Positions 63,202 to 64,000 of a stretch of 64,000 nt of DNA are shown here, piece by piece. Position 1 is the stretch's first letter. The number at the start of each line of letters is the position of its first letter. Location: assembly GCA_051362555.1 (NCBI GenBank), contig CM120649.1:17870567-17934566 (forward strand), written 5' to 3'. The notes under the pieces were generated by a model. The model was not told the origin of the DNA. It did no database searches and was given only the letters and a program-made list of their open reading frames with translations. The translations under genes and the position numbers were made by a program. The stretch is from Lingula anatina. Its lineage: Eukaryota; Animalia; Brachiopoda.

Positions 63202-63790
63202 TTAAAGTCAATATTTGTCATTATGTATCGTTGAAGATATTGTGCAGAGTATAAAGTGGTTTTGGTGAATGACTGGTGTAGCATAGTACCCTCTAGACTG
63301 ATATTAGGTTCTAGGTTTATTCTAGGACATAATATATATCGTGTCCCAGGTTTATTGAGCAATTTGCCTCTATAAGAATACCAAGAACATTGTTGATGTC
63401 AAAGAAATGAGATCTTGATTGTGACAGCGTGATTCTGCCCGGGCGGTAATTACATAAACAAGTGACAGGAACGAGTTAAGTACATAATAATGAGAAGAGC
63501 GACATATTGTTAATAATGTTTCATTTGCTGCATCTTTAAGCAGTCGGATTGCACAATAAAAATAACACTATGCAATATCCTCTCTTCCTGCAATCAACTT
63601 GCTATCAATTTGTTTCATACTTGTGATAAATTTCCAAGTGTGAATGAAAATGTGTTGGTTCGAAATAGCTTCGATTTCTGAAAAAAAATCACACTAGTCC
63701 CCTATTAAAATTAGAAATTTGACTAGCTGAATCATAATTCTTAACCGTACCCCAGGCTGAAAGGCTTTCCACGGCAATCACTTATCACAA

Positions 63791-63823
<33 letters not shown>

Positions 63824-63829
63824 GGGGGG
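63791..63829. repeat. Poly-G homopolymer
   Basis: 32 consecutive G followed by AGGGGGG. Confidence 0.9.
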
Positions 63830-64000
63830 ATTGGGGGGAGGAGTGAAACGTAAGCTAGAATATGAGGTCATGATAAGCTTACAATCACTGCAGGTCAACA
63901 TAATTGACACATGCGCATTGCTCACATAAAAAATAAATGAAATAAAAATAAAAAATGTGATCTCCCTCGTTGTCGTTCCATATTGCTACAGCCTCTCAAG

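Noticed and set aside
63791-63842. Poly-G tract as a functional G-quadruplex
   Set aside because: Homopolymer runs of G and C occur repeatedly in this window and their length is error-prone in assemblies; no functional context.

Overview
AT-rich animal genomic DNA with spliceosomal introns, probably from a lophotrochozoan such as a mollusc (the taxon is my inference). Two multi-exon genes converge tail-to-tail near 42 kb. On the + strand is a PP2A B'' regulatory subunit gene (PPP2R3A/B-like; 13 coding exons, 7506-39588, 611 aa by my manual splice) with a 24-kb second intron. On the - strand is a 4-exon mGluR-like class C GPCR (53028-43715, 904 aa) that has lost the two basic residues that bind the distal carboxylate of glutamate. 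The main observation is an intronless 132-aa non-histone ORF (35064-35462) nested in PP2A intron 5. It has a triple-CCAAT/TATA-like promoter and ends in a canonical replication-dependent histone mRNA stem-loop (GGCCCTTTTCAGGGCC, 35599-35614) followed by a purine-rich U7 HDE-like element, so it is a candidate non-histone gene using the SLBP/U7 pathway. Also present are a candidate alternative first PP2A exon, two start-stop uORFs, several MITE families, a decayed Penelope-type hammerhead insertion, microsatellites, and a visible CpG-depletion boundary at the end of the PP2A gene. All coordinates were read by eye and no database searches were run.
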